Below are positions 1 through 13,300 of a stretch of 64,000 bases of DNA, one piece after another. Under the pieces are notes generated by a model. That model was given only the letters and a program-made list of their open reading frames with translations. It ran no database searches and was not told the DNA's origin. A program made the position numbers and the translations under genes. Within the stretch, counting starts at the first letter, position 1, and each line of letters begins with the position of its first letter. This stretch comes from Zootoca vivipara. Lineage: Eukaryota. Where the stretch lies: the NCBI RefSeq assembly GCF_963506605.1, contig NC_083278.1, forward strand, positions 120,280,001 to 120,344,000. Reading direction: 5' to 3'.

Positions 1-1229
1 CTCCTTGTCAGGCCTGGTCAGGCTCAGGGCACTGGTTGCAAAGCCAACATCCAAGGGGACCCAAGACCACCTGCAAGTCAGCAGGTGAGGAAGGAGGAGC
101 TGGGAGGGGCAGGGGAAAGGCAGAGGGGAAGAGACAGGGGCCACGTCCCTCTACAAGTGACTGACTCAGCCTTGGCACGAGGCACCTTCAGACTCCAGGC
201 ATAAAGACAAATCGCCCTTGGAGCGTCCGTCTCCAAGATTCTGCAACTCACCTGTCACCCTCTGGATACGGTTGAACTCCAACTTCCATCAGCCCAGATG
301 GGAGTTGTAGTCCAGCAATCCCCAGAGGGCACCGCTTGCCAAGCCCAGACCTAGCGGAGTCTGCCAGGGAGTCATCCTGCTGCTGATCTGCCATGGATGC
401 AGGGCTGCATCTTCCAAGACGTCCCTCCAAGAAGGCCTTGCGGCACATCTTCCACTCCAAACAGGTGTGCTCCTGGTCAGGGTTCCTGCCGGACAGCCAT
501 GTTCAGGGGCGGATCTGCTGTGAAACTAAGGAGCTTCAGGGCCCCTCATCCCAGAGGAGGCCCAGAAGTGACCTGAGTCCACATTGCTTTAAATTACATT
601 GAGTCTTGTAGACCCCATTGGATTCGCACGATTTGATTACTTTTTGTTGTATGCATTTCAACAATCCCGAAGAGTCAGTAGCACAGATCTTGCAAAGGTG
701 GGGTGATCAGTTGTGGAACAGACCCACTGAAGAAGAGGACAGGGGCTACGTGGACCTTGTTGCTGGTTGAAAATGGGTCCCCATGACAGTTTGAGCTTCA
801 GGGCCCCCCAAATGTCTGTCCACCACTGGTCTGCAGTCTGCCACTTACCTCTCCTGGCACCCGCCTTATCTGCTGGTGGCCGCATGGGTTGCCAGAGCCC
901 AGGGTCTTGCTTTGTCTGGAGAGCTCACTTCCTGGTTCGCGTGGCCCAGCGGTGGAAGCACACAGCTGTTTCAAAGCTGCACCAGGTGTTGAAATTTTGC
1001 ACCCCCTAACCATTTTTTGCCCGGGGCAACTGCCCCTGTGACACCCCCCCCCCGCTACACCACTGAGTGACCATCTCCAGCAGGAGGTGCCCCTCCCTTG
1101 CTGTGCTCCAGGGTATGCCAGCCAGGAAGGGAGATGGCACCACCACCTGCTCCTCCTCCAAGGATGGGAGCTGGGGGTTTGGAGGGACCCAGCCAAGTCT
1201 GTGCCCCATCCTGCCTCCCTTTCTTCCAG

Positions 1230-2934
1230 GGTCTCCGCGGGGTGTGGAGTTCAAAGCCGTGAAGGAAGTGCTGCTGTCCGTCAAGGGCGTGAAGGGGGCT
1301 CACAACCTCCACCTCTGGGCCTTGACCCTCAGCCATCATGTGGTGGCTGTGCACCTGGCAATTGGTGAGCACCCCCTACCCCCCCCCCGGGACTCCCTGC
1401 AGGAACCCAGCAGCCCCTGAGAGGGCAAAAGCCCAAGGAGATGGGGGTGGGGACTGTACCACCTCAGGCTGCAGGTGGGGCAACCACATTTCGGGATGCT
1501 ACCCTGAGTTTAAAACGCCTCAAAAGCAAAACACATCTATCCAGGGCAAAAATCCATTGGTATAGCTGGGAATGTTATCTATTCATGTAAAGGCACTTCA
1601 TAAGCCACTTAATATTTTAAAAACCTCAAAAGTGGTGCACCGCTTAAAAAAGTTTACGAAAAATGCAACATGGAACCGGTAAAACAGCAGCATAAAACCA
1701 GGAATCTGGGGAACTGACATAAATAAAGAACATGACCCAATCTTATGGATCAGGGAAAGCCGGGGGGGGGGGGGGAGGATGTATTTAGAAGACCTCTAAA
1801 GCAAAGGGGATCCCATAATACAGGGGCAATGGTGAAAAATGAGTTTTCAGGTCACCCCCTATGATGTTCTGTAGGGCAGTGTTTCTCAACCTTTTTTGGG
1901 CCACGGCACACTTGTTCTGTGAAAAAAATCACGAGGCACACCACCATTAAAAAAGTTAAAAAATTTAACTCTGTGCCGCCCTATATTATAATTATGACTG
2001 TAAGAAACACTTGCCAAATATTGCTTTCCGGCGGGTCAGCGCTGCGTATTGGCAGCCGCCAGACTCGTTTGCACTGAGCTTTGGGAAAGAGGAGAAATAT
2101 TGCTTTCCGGCGGGTTAGTGTTGTATATTGGCGGCCGCCAGGCACGCGACAATGCAAATCGCCCTTCTCGTCGCCACACGTCGCGGCACACCAGCCAGCG
2201 TCTCGCGGCACACTAGTGTGCTGCGGAACAGCGGTTGAGAAACGCTGCTGTAGGGTGTTGATACGAAATACAATTTCCCCCAGATGACTGAAGTGATCTC
2301 AACAGGTCTATAAAGGGGCAGCTGGCCTTTCGGCCGACAGTTACTTTAAGAGTGAGCAATACTAACAATACTCCCCCCACCCAAGGCTCAGGATCAGGCC
2401 CATCCATGGAGGAGAGGGCTAGCAATGGCTACCAGCCACAATGGCTATGCTCTGTCTCCACAGTTGGACGCCAGGGCTGGAAACTGTAGGAGAGGAGTTG
2501 CTCTTCTGCTCAGATCCTGTTTGCTGGTTTCCCCTGATGGGCATCTGGCTGGCCACTGTGAGAGCAGGAGGCTGGGCCACTGGCCTGATCCAGAAAGCTC
2601 TTCTTTCGTTCTTATGGAGCCTCCAGGTGCAGAGGCAGTCTATCTCGATTCCCAGGTTCATAGAGGTATTTGGCTGCTGTGAGAACAGGATGCTGGGCTA
2701 GCTGATCCTGCAAACTCTTCCGTGGTGAACAAGCTGATCCCTTTCTCTGTCTCCCCGCCACCCCCCCCCGGCCTTTCCCCCCTTCCAGACTCTGGTGCCG
2801 ACATGGAGGTTGTGCTGCGAGAGGCCACAGCCGTCCTGCAGAGCAAGTTTGGCTTTGTCTCCTGCACCATCCAGGTGGAGCGCTACCTGGACGACATGGC
2901 CAGCTGCCGCCAGTGCCAGGACCCACAGGACTGA
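1230..2934 (+). CDS. SLC30A3: Zinc transporter ZnT3, last two coding exons (gene starts before the window)
   Basis: Exons 1230-1364 (SPRGVEFKAVKEVLLSVKGVKGAHNLHLWALTLSHHVVAVHLAI) and 2789-2934 (DSGADMEVVLREATAVLQSKFGFVSCTIQVERY...CRQCQDPQD*) with AG/GT boundaries and matching phase. CDF C-terminal domain. SLC30A3 is chosen over SLC30A2/8 by linkage to GTF3C2. Confidence 0.85.
1877..2247. mobile_element. Non-autonomous hAT DNA transposon
   Basis: TIRs cagtgtttctcaacc / ggttgagaaacgctg; perfect 8-bp TSD ctgtaggg (1869-1876, 2248-2255). Confidence 0.85.
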
Positions 2935-3835
2935 GCCCAGCGCTGCGCCCTCGGTGCCCTCCAACTGCCAACCTCAGCCAGGAGGCGCCGGGAATCCCGG
3001 GGCCAGCAGGGGGGTGGGGGGTGTCTCCTCTGCTCAGCTCCACCGCCAGAGGAGAGGAGGCTGAGCGCCTGCCTCGGCGCATCTTGTTATTCTTCGTGTC
3101 ACATTCCAGGCAGGCACGGGGGGGGGGGAGAGACCCTCTGCTACTGCCCACCCTATTGCCTGCCTCAGTGTCTTTGGTGTGCAAATGCAACCCAGCCCCC
3201 CCCCCCCCAGGCGAGGCCTGCCATTCGTCGGTGTTTGCACGAGTGTGTCCCCTTTCCAGCAAGCTCCCCGCCGTGGAGTCAAGTCTGCAAGGCACCCTAT
3301 GAGTTTAAACAGCTGTACAGAATCGAGAGGGTTCCCCCCCCTCCCCAGGGTCATCCAGTCCAACCCCCTGCGATGCAGGAATCCCAACTGAAGCAGCCAT
3401 GACAGACAAGGGCAGATCCTTCCCCCGCCACCCGCTTGGCCAGGCCGAAAGCAAAGTGGTCTCGCCGGGAGGTCAAAAAGGGATGCCATGGCAGGGAAGC
3501 AAACTCCTTGCTCATCTTTGGCCTCTGCAGAGCTGCCCTGGGGGGGGCAGAAACCAGTTCCCCAACCCTCCTGATCAGGAATGCCTCCACTGCCTGCCAG
3601 ATGCTTTGGGCGAGGTGCCCACGTGGAGAGCCCAGCCCCCCAGCCCCCACTGGCCCAGGAAGTGCTGCTGCTGGGAGATCCCCCCTCCCCATGGAGGGCG
3701 AGCCCCTCCCTCCCCACACTCACGTGTCCTTGTGCCTGTGACCTTGTGGAGTTCACGTCTGTGTGTGTATGTGTTTCGACCGTGTCGAGTGTCCAAGTGT
3801 TGTCTTAACCAAGTGCTCAGAGTACCAGAGATTCC

Positions 3836-3841
3836 AATAAA
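3836..3841 (+). terminator. AATAAA poly(A) signal of SLC30A3
   Basis: Canonical hexamer about 900 nt after the stop codon. Confidence 0.7.
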
Positions 3842-4148
3842 GCGAGCTGCTGCCTCAGCCCAACCCGCCAGCCTGTCTGCCAGTCCTTGGGGCAGAGGTG
3901 GAAGGGGGCAGGGTGGGGGGAGTCGGAAGGGATCCCCAAGGAATGCCAGCTAAGGAACCCCTGAGAACCCCTTGCCTAAAAATGGAGGAGGGTCCGCCCC
4001 CTTCTTCCACAGCTTGGCACTGAGCAGCGTAGATGCCAAGCCAGAGGGAGAATCAGCAGCTGCTGTGGGATTTTTTTTGGGGGGGGGCCTTCCTTAAAGA
4101 GCACAGGCCTCGGAAGAAAGAGCCGGCCTTTGAAACAAAACAAGTCAC

Positions 4149-4154
4149 TTTAAT
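4149..4154 (-). terminator. ATTAAA poly(A) signal of GTF3C2
   Basis: tttaat on the + strand, about 575 nt past the GTF3C2 stop; convergent with the SLC30A3 signal. Confidence 0.6.
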
Positions 4155-4727
4155 AAGAACGACAGTTAAAAGACAAGGAATGAGCTCAATGTGAGCAAGG
4201 CTGCTGTGCCCCCCAGCCCCCCCCCCAAGAGGCCGGCTGGGGCAAAATGCCCAAAATGAATCTAGCAGGGAGCTGGTCTGGGCCCCACGTGCCTAGCCAA
4301 CCTCAGCCGGGCCATGTTGGGGGGGGGGCAAATGGTTGTTCCACTGGGCCAGCCAAAGGGAGGCAGAAACCCCCTCCCTGCCCTGGAGCTGTGGGTCACA
4401 CATAGGGCAGGCTGGAAGAAACCCCTCGCCCACCCCCTGCCCCAGAAGCAAAAGCACACAATCATGGAGAGATGTCCAGTTTGGGGGCAGGGGCTGCTTC
4501 TCGCTCCCAGCCCCACCCAAGGGGAAAGGAGACACCCACAAGCCCACTGGGGGTCTGGCCTCTCCTTGTGCTCCTCCGTAGCTGTGTCCGTCCTCGCAAT
4601 GCAACCAGGATCCAGCCAGTCCACCAACGCCCTGCAAGATGCCCTTGTGGCTCTGGGCGCCTCGAATGAGATTCCCGCCTCCTCCTCCTCCTCCTCGATT
4701 TCTGCCGGTGCTGGGGGGGGGCGCTGC

Positions 4728-7700
4728 TCAGCTGACTGCAGGGTGTGCCCCTGGGGGCTCTGCCGCAGGGCTACCCTCCTCCTCTGTGTCAAACATGGCG
4801 CTGAACTGAGCCTGGCACTCACGGAGGAGCTTGCGGCTGGGGGGCGAGGCCAGGGCCTGGAGGCAGTGCAGACGCACGAGGCCGGACTGGCCCCCCGACA
4901 GCAGCCAGGTGTGGCAGGCCAGGTTGGGGCTGAAGCGCACCTGCAGGAGAAGAGGGACGTCAGGCGGGGAAGCGCAAGGGGGGAACGGACCCTGCCCCCC
5001 CTTCAGGAGGAACAGACTCACTCCCTGGCTGATCCAGGGGGCTCAGAGAGACCGGCCATGAGCTCTGGGAGGCCTGAGGAAAGCGTCCAAGGGAAAACTC
5101 TCCTTTCTCCCCCCCCCCCACTAGAACTTTCAGGTGTGCCATCACAATAATTTTATTCTTATTTACACCCCACCCACCTGGCTGGGTTTCCCCAGGCAGC
5201 ACAAGGTCGGAGGATGCACAACAGATAAAAGAAAGTCCTTCTTCCCTCCCTGCCCCAGGAGGCAGCAATGGCCCCCATTCATGGAGGAGAGGGCTCTGGG
5301 GGGCTCCTGGCCAGGATGGCTCTACTCTGGCTCTAGGGCTGGAGGCAGCAAGCCCCCCCCCCAATCCCAGTGGCTGGAACCCACAAGACTGGAGAGCGCT
5401 CTCTTGCCTGGATCCTGCCTTTGGGATTCCCCCAGGCCTTGGGCTGGGCACTGGGAGGACAGGATGCTGCACTAGCTGAGCCCCCCGTGGCCTGATCCAG
5501 CCGGCTCTTCTGATGCTCTTACAGGAGGCTGCTATGGGACCCCGCAAGTCAGAGCCAATACAATGTCCGTTGTTGGAAACAAGGCAGAGTTGCTCCTGTG
5601 AGAATCTCCTTGCAGGGTCTCCCTTGGGGGCATGGTGAGAACAGGAAGCCCCCAATGGCCTGATCCCACTAATCCATTCTGCAGTTCACAGGGGTAGAGC
5701 CCCCCCCCGCTCACCTTGTGCACAGCCTCCAGCTGCAGGCGCCCCAATCCGTCCCCCTCCTTCTCCTCTTCTGCCAGGAGGGGCTTCTTCCTCCCTTTCC
5801 GCCTGAAGATGTTCTTGAAGCTCCTCTGGAGAGGGAAAAGTGGGGGGTGGGGCTGAGAGAGTTGGTGGGGCCAGGCCAAGTAGTGGGGGGGGGGCTGCAG
5901 CTACATCCCATGGGGGCCTCCTCCTGACAGCTGGCGATTGATGGGCTTGGGAAGGAGCCCTATCAGCCAGGAACACACCACAGAAGAGCAGCGCGCTGGG
6001 GATCAGCGATATGAATCCTGGACACTTGGGGGGTGGGGGGGACACACACCCTGTGACCCCCCAGCACAAGCCACCCAGGTTGCCCCTCCAGGAAGACATG
6101 GGGGGGGGGTTCAAGCAGCCCTTTGCCTCCCTCTTCCTTGCCCCCAGCCTCCCGTCTCCTCCGAGGCCTCACCAGGTCCGTGTCTCGGAAGAGGATGTAG
6201 TTCTGGGCCACAGACTCCTGGTACGTCCTGCCCTCCACGGTGGCCATCAGCTTTTCGCCGGGGGCTCCTGCCGACGCCTCTTGGTTGTGGAGGCGGCAGG
6301 GGAGCAGGCTGGCCTTGTAGACGGGCTGCGGAAGATGAGGAGGAGGAGGAGAGGGCTAGGGGGCGCTGCCAGGCACAACAGCCCTGCCCAAAGGCAGCCC
6401 TGCTTCGGAATCAAAGGAGATCCCTGGCGCAGCGTTCCCACCGTGGGCACCAGGTTGGCCACCGTGAGAACAGGGCGCTGGACTAGATGGGACTCCCAGC
6501 AGGGCTCTTTCTGTTTCTGTGGAACCTCCAGCTCCCAAAGCAGTCTATCTACATTCCTAGGGTCTATGGGGTATTTTGCCACGTGGGGAAGAGCAGCCTG
6601 GACCGGATGGACCCTTTGTCCTGATCCAGCTTCCTCCTCTGACGTTCTATTGGGTGGGCTGTTGAGAGGCAAGGCTCCTCCCAAGCGGGAGGTTTCACAT
6701 CCCCACACGCAGCAGGAGCCAGAAGCCCCAAGTCAGGCACCCCAAATTTTCCAGCACCAGAATCTGCCCCCCCCACCTCAAAAGAGTCCCCTTTCCTGGC
6801 ACTTTCCCAGGCTGTGGGAAGGGACCTAAAGGGCCATCTAGTCTAGCTCCCTGCCATGCTGGAAGCATTTGCCCAATGTGGGGCTGGGACCCACGGCAGA
6901 GAATGAGTGTTCCCTGCCCCCAAACCCGTCTGAGGGGAAAGGGACGTCATGAAGACTTGGAGCTCAGCCATTCTCTCAGAGGGCACAGAAGCCCACCCCC
7001 CTGTGACACACAGAGAGACTTTTCAGAGCTAAAGGGGGGGGGCGCATTGGAGCTGAGAGCACCCAGCTGCCTAGAGGGATTCCAGCCAAGGCAGCTGCTC
7101 CCCCCCACTGGATCCAGCCTGGACTATTCTGTGGCTACAGCCAAGGGGCTGCAGCTCCCTTCATCCCCTGGGTGAGTCGAGGTGTGGGCCAGGGACCCCC
7201 ACCCTGGATCTAGAGGATGGAGGGGTGGGGCAGGCCTCACTTTCTCCCCTGCTGGACTGAAGGCAAAGCTTGTGACTCCCTTGCAGACCCCCCCCACCCC
7301 ACTGAGCGGCAGCAACACCTACAAATCGGCGCTCCGACGGACGCTTGACATTGTGCGGGTTGACGGACAGGTCAGGCATCATGGCCGCCACCAGCTCCCC
7401 TGTGACGTCTCCAGCAGCCACCGTGTTGAGCCAGTCGGATCCAGAGATGCTCTGGAAGAGGGAGGGAGGGAGGGAGGGAGGGAGGGAGGGATGTCACCCT
7501 TCTTCATTCCCCCCTCCCCAGAAATAAGAGGGCCCCCAGCGCCCCGAGGCTGCCCCCTTGTTGCTCTCAAACGAAGGCGGCAGAGGAGACTCTGCTTACC
7601 CACACGGTGCCCTTCCGAGGGGCCACAAAGTAAGCCCGGAAGCCCAGGTAGCCGGCGTCCAGGTAGTGGATCCCACACAAGCCGTACCTGCAATGCAAGA

Positions 7701-10328
7701 GGATTCCTGCAACAGGGATCGGGAAGCAGAGCCCAGCCGTGCTGGCTAGCAGCCCTCCCCTCCCCTCTCCCCGCACTCACGAGGCATAGCAGTTGTCCTG
7801 GGCCACCGTGATGCCGCTGTAGGGCAGCAGCCAGGCAATCTCCGTGCTCAGAAAGCGCTTGATGCTGTTGAGCGGCTCGTACAGCCGCCGCAGGTCCCAG
7901 TACTTGATCTTGCGGTCGTTCCCGGCCGTCACCATGAAGTTGCTGGAGCGAGCAAGGGGGAGGCAGCTCAGCGAGGGAGGTCCTGGCAGGGCCCCCCCCC
8001 CACACTGGGCTTGGTCCCTTGGGGGGTCTCCCCCCAGGCAGTGAGGGGAAGGAGGCCGGAGGAAGTCCCCCCCCCGCTAAGCCCGGCCCCCACCTGTTGG
8101 CCTTGCACCACTGGATGTTGCGCACGGCGTGGTCGTGGGCCAGGAAGCAGTGGAAGGGGTAGAGCTTGAGGGAGCCGTCCGGCTGACGCACTCGCTGCAA
8201 CAGGGAGCGGCTGGCCAGGTTCCAGAGGGCCACTGTGCCTGGAAGAAGGGGGGGGGACAGGCAGGGAGGAGGAGAATTGGAGGGGACCTCAAGGGTCATC
8301 CAGCCCAACCGCCTGAAAGCAAGAATCAGAATTCAAGCATCCCTGACAGGCGGCCATCCAACTGCCAGAGAAGGAGGGTGTGTATCACCTTCTGAGGAGA
8401 AGGCTGGGATTGGGAGCCGGAGCCTGAGCCAGGGGGGCGGGGGGGACACCCCCCCTCAGAGCCACCTTGGCACTTGGGAGTTTCAGCTGCAGAGCTTTCG
8501 CCTCTCACCATCATAGAAACCAGCCGCCAGGCGCTGGTGAGGCTTCGCCGGCATCCAGGCCAAGCTGAGGCACTGTCCGCATTCGGAGGGGCTCCCGGCC
8601 TGGATGGCCCCCACCTGCAGGGAGGCTATGCACTGGACCTGCGGGGATGGAGGAGGAGGAGGAGTCGGGGCGGGGGGAGACCAGAGAAGAAGCCCCCTGG
8701 AAACTCACGCTCAAGATCCCAGGCCTGACCCCTGCTCCCCGTGCAAAGGGGGCTCAGCGACTCCTGCCCCAGTCTTTCCAGAGCTGCAGCTGGACCGATG
8801 AGGGAAGCAGCCCCCTGCTCACGAGGAGGCTCAGGGAGCCGCCCTTTGGTCCCTGCCCCTCAGAACATGGGCAGCTTGAAGGGCTCAGAATGGGGCTCCC
8901 CCAGATCCTCCGTGGGCCTGGCAGGACGTACCTTGCAGATGGTGTGCCGGGGGGAGGACCCACCTAGGAGGAGGGGAGAGATGCTGTGAGGCAGGGAGCA
9001 GCCTCTGTGGGGTGAGAGAAAGCGCCACCCCTCCAGAGGGCTCACAAGACCCGACCCCCCACCTCAGCCAAGCCAAGTCGCCCCCTCCTACCTGACTGAT
9101 TCTCAGGCTGCTCAAGCAAAGCCCCCCTCCCCCCCCAAAGCAGGACCAAACGGTGCTCTGGGCCCATCTTTAGGGAAGCTTTTAATTTTTAACAGACCAT
9201 TGTATTTTAATATTTTGTTGAAAGCCGCCCAGAGCGGCTGATGGGCGGGATATAAATAATAAATTTGTTGTTCTCTCCAGGCATCACCCTCATTTCGTGA
9301 CTCAGGTCAGCTGTAGCCCCTGCCTTTTAAGAGAGACCCTTTTTTAAAAGGCCCCTGCAGAGAAATTGCCTGATAGCTTTTTAGGGTGGCAGCGGAGCGG
9401 TTGCTTCAAAAAGATTGCCTCTGTGTCAGAGAGACCTCAGAGAAGCAGGCGGGGGGGGGGGAGAGGACTCTTGGGCTGGGGCAGCAGCCGCCTTCTCCAA
9501 GGTCCTCCTTGGATCATGAGATGGAGACGAGGGGGGGGGAGGCTGGCTGGCTGGCTGGCCCTCAGTTAGGGAGCCAGCTGTCGGGCAGAGATGCCCTCGA
9601 AGGCTCTGCCAGGCAGAGGCCTGAGCAGTAGAGTCTCATGGAGGGTGTGTTTGGAGAGGGGAGGGGGGACTGAGCCTCCTTTATTCCCCCCCGCCGCCGG
9701 CGGCCGCCAGAGGAGGCAGAGCTGAGCACCCCCCAACGTCGCCTGCCTGCAGTCCTCATCCATCATGCCTGCAGACAGATATCATTACAAGGCTCATTAG
9801 CTGATACGGCTGGCTGAGCACCCAGGCCGCTGCCGGCCCCCCACCCCACCCCCCAGCCCCACCAGGGAGGGGGCAGCTGCCTCTTCCAGAACGTTTTGGC
9901 CGAGAGACTCTCTTCTGCCACCCCATAAAACAGCCCTGAGCTGGCAAAACACCAGCCAAGGCAGAGAAAGGGAGAAAGGGAGAAAGGGAGAAAGAAAGAA
10001 AGAATCATAGAATCATAGAGTTGGAAGAGACCACAAGGGCCATCCAGTCCAACCCCCTGCCAAGCAGGAAACACCATCAAAGCATTCCTGACATATGGCT
10101 GCCAAGCCTCTGCTTAAAGACCTCCAAAGAAGGAGACTCCACCACACTCCTTGGCAGCAAATTCCACTGCCGAACAGCTCTGTCAGGAAGTTCTTCCTAA
10201 TGTTTAGGTGGAATTTTCTTTCTTGTAGTTTGAATCCGTTGCTCCGTGTCCGCTTCTCTGGAGCAGCAGAAAACAACCTTTCTCCCTCCTCTATATGACA
10301 TCCTTTTATATATTTGAACATGGCTATC

Positions 10329-10391
<63 letters not shown>

Positions 10392-13300
10392 AAAAAGGGG
10401 GTGGTGGAGAAAGAGATGCTCCTTCCCACCCACAAAGGGAACCACAATGGCAGAGGCCCTGGCGCCCCACCCTCCCCGTGCCCCAGGGGAGGAGGGGTCC
10501 CTTCACAGCTCTTCCTACCTGTTACCTGGGCTCTCCGGGAGCCACGCAGGTCCTCTGCGTGAGGCAGGCTGTACAGCATCACCTTGCCATCAGAGAAGGC
10601 CACGGCCAGCAGCCCCAGGCGGCTCATCTGGGAGGGCGACTGCTGGGGACAGGAAAGAGAGCTGGGAGACGCCAGGCTGTGGGGCCCCAGCAAGCGGCCG
10701 GCTCTGCCAGCCTGCCCCCGCTCCACCCCACCCCTCCAGAGCGGCATATGTGCTCTCTCAAGAGGCCCCTCGTACCTTGTGGCGGGTGGCAGGGGGCTCC
10801 CAGGCACCGCTGGGGCAGAACTTCATATCCCAGATGCAGCCGTGGTCGGTGGCAATGCCGTAGGCCAGTCCTGGCTTGGTGGCTGACCTGGGAAGGGGAG
10901 AGAAGGCGGGGGGAGGCGGTCATAGCACAGACCCCAGTCTAGAAGAGTGGCCATGTCTTGGAGAGGGATCCTAGAAGGGACTCCAGGGGTCACCTGGCCC
11001 AAGCCCCTGCAGCGAAGGGGTGGCAGTTAAAGCATCTCTGGCAGACGGCCGTCCAACCTCTGCTTAGCAAGGGGGGGAGCCCGTTCCACTGCTGAACAGT
11101 CCTGACTGTCAGGACTTCCTCAGAATCTCCTTTCTTGGAACTTGAATCTTTTGGTTTGGTGCCTCCCCTCCAGAGCAGCAGGAAACCCATTTGTCGTGTC
11201 TTCCTTGTGGCAGCTCCTCTCTCTACTTTCATGCCAGGGGACCAGAGAGGCCCAGCTCACAGGTGCCAGCCTCTCTGATCCTGCAGCAGATACAGCACCT
11301 CCTCCCCTGCCCTCCCGCCTTGCCCAGGGGTCCTTGGGGATCAGGACACTCCAATGGGAGGCCACAAGGCTGCCCTGGGGCTGAAGCCCTGGGGAAGGGC
11401 GGGCCAAGGAGCTCTGCAGCTGGCCTGGGGGCTCCTGACTCACCCTGCCTCCTGCTGGAGGGGCCCCAGCTCCCAGAGCTGGAGCAGCGCTGGCCCTGTG
11501 TGGGTCCCCGCCAAGCTGTGCCGGTCGTCCATGCCGGGATTGCAGTAGATGGCTGCGTACTGGGAGGCCACAGCGCCTTCTGGGGTGGGGCACCACTCCA
11601 TGGCCCAGACGGGACCCCCCACAAAGAAGGTCACATCCAGGCGCTCCTCGTGGGGCTGCAAGGCGTTGAACCTGCCCGAGGGGAAAGAGGAGGAGGGTGG
11701 GTCTTGCCAAGGGGCTCACAGGCCAGGAGTCTTGCTTCCAACAGGGTGCTTTGCAATGCACAAGGTTCACGGCACATGGCTAATTTGTGAAACTCCTTCC
11801 TGGAGGAGGGCAGGGGGGGCCACCAACCTGGGTGACTTTAAAAGAGGATTAGGCAAATTCATGGAGGAGGAGAGGGCTCTCAATGGCGGGCTCTTCTCTG
11901 CCTCCAGAGTCAGGCTTTGGAAGCCACAGGACGGGTGATTCGCTCTTGTGCTCAGAACCTGCTGGCTGGTTTCCCACAGGCAACTGAGAACAGGAAGCTG
12001 GACTCTTGGGGCCCACGGCCTGATCCCACAGGCGGCTCCTAGGCTCTTCCAAGTACTGAGAGACGGAAGAGGCGTTTACATAAAGTGAGCGGCACCTGTT
12101 GATCCGGTAGAGGACGCTGCTGTCTTCGTGCAGGCCTTCGCGCTTGATGCAGAAGAGCGGGGACTTGGTCTCGCTGGGGAGGTATTCCTCAGCTTCGCTT
12201 TGGAAGAGGAAGGAGGAAAGAGGGGAAACTCACTCCAAGGATCTCCTACACACACACACACACACCCTGACCTCTTTGGGCTCTCAAAAGAGGCTGGGCT
12301 GCACATTCAAAGCGGCCTCTTTCCTGGTGGAGATTTTGGGGCTCCTCCTGCTGGTGGTGGCAGTGGCATAGAGGGCATGCCATGCAGGGCACCCTCTCCC
12401 TCCTCTCTCCCCAGCATGGACTCCTCCCCCCATCAATGCAACCGCCAACCTGGGTCCGGGTGTTCTTAGCCAGGCTGGCCCCTGCCCCCTGCTTCTTTGT
12501 CAGGAGGCCACTCACCTCTCCGAGAGGAAGACCCACTTCCGGGCAGAGGGCACCCACTCTGGAAACTCCCAGGGGGAGTAGAGCTGCTCGCGCCTGCAAG
12601 CAAACACAGCCACATGGCGTCAGAGAGAAGTGGGGCCAGCCCAGAGGGCGACAGCATCCCCAGGGCATCCCTGCAACCTCGGCAGGAACAAACCCAGGCA
12701 GTCCTCGCCCTCCAGGGCCCCAGCTGGAGCCCCTGGAACCCGCACCGGCCTGAATGTTTCAGGCGCACAGTCCCCCCACCCTCCGATTGCATTCCTTGAA
12801 GGGCAGGACAATGAGCCCAACTCCTTTCCGTACTGCAGGGTCGTGCGTTAAAGGAGCTGAGCTTTGTCTTGGCGACAGCGGCAGCAGCACAACAACTGCC
12901 AGGCAGGGGACCCTCCCCTTTCCTCTCCCCTCCCCATTCCTGTGCTTCAGTTCCCTCCCCAGTAAGGCAAAGTCGTAGAGGCGGGCAGGCAGCCCCAGAC
13001 TTACACATGGTGGGTGACGGAGAGCGCCTTCCAGATGGGGGCCATGATGGAGTTGTGTAAGCCGTTGGACGCAAACCCTCGGCATTGGCTCTTGGGCCTC
13101 TGGGGAGAAGGAGGAGGGGGTCAGGGACAGAGGCCCACGGAGCCCACCCTCCCAAGCGGACAGCCCCCAGAGAAGGGCCGGCCTCGCTCTTCGTTCACAG
13201 AGGCCTCTGAGCACACCCCCAAGAGGAGCGCTCCTTCCCCGTCCCCCGGCTTAGTCACCGCTGCTCCACGCAGGCCGGGCTCCAGGTCCGAGTCGGAGGG

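Noticed and set aside
10197-10562. KERK/FFLS repeat ORFs
   Set aside because: Translations of the (GAAA)n microsatellite.
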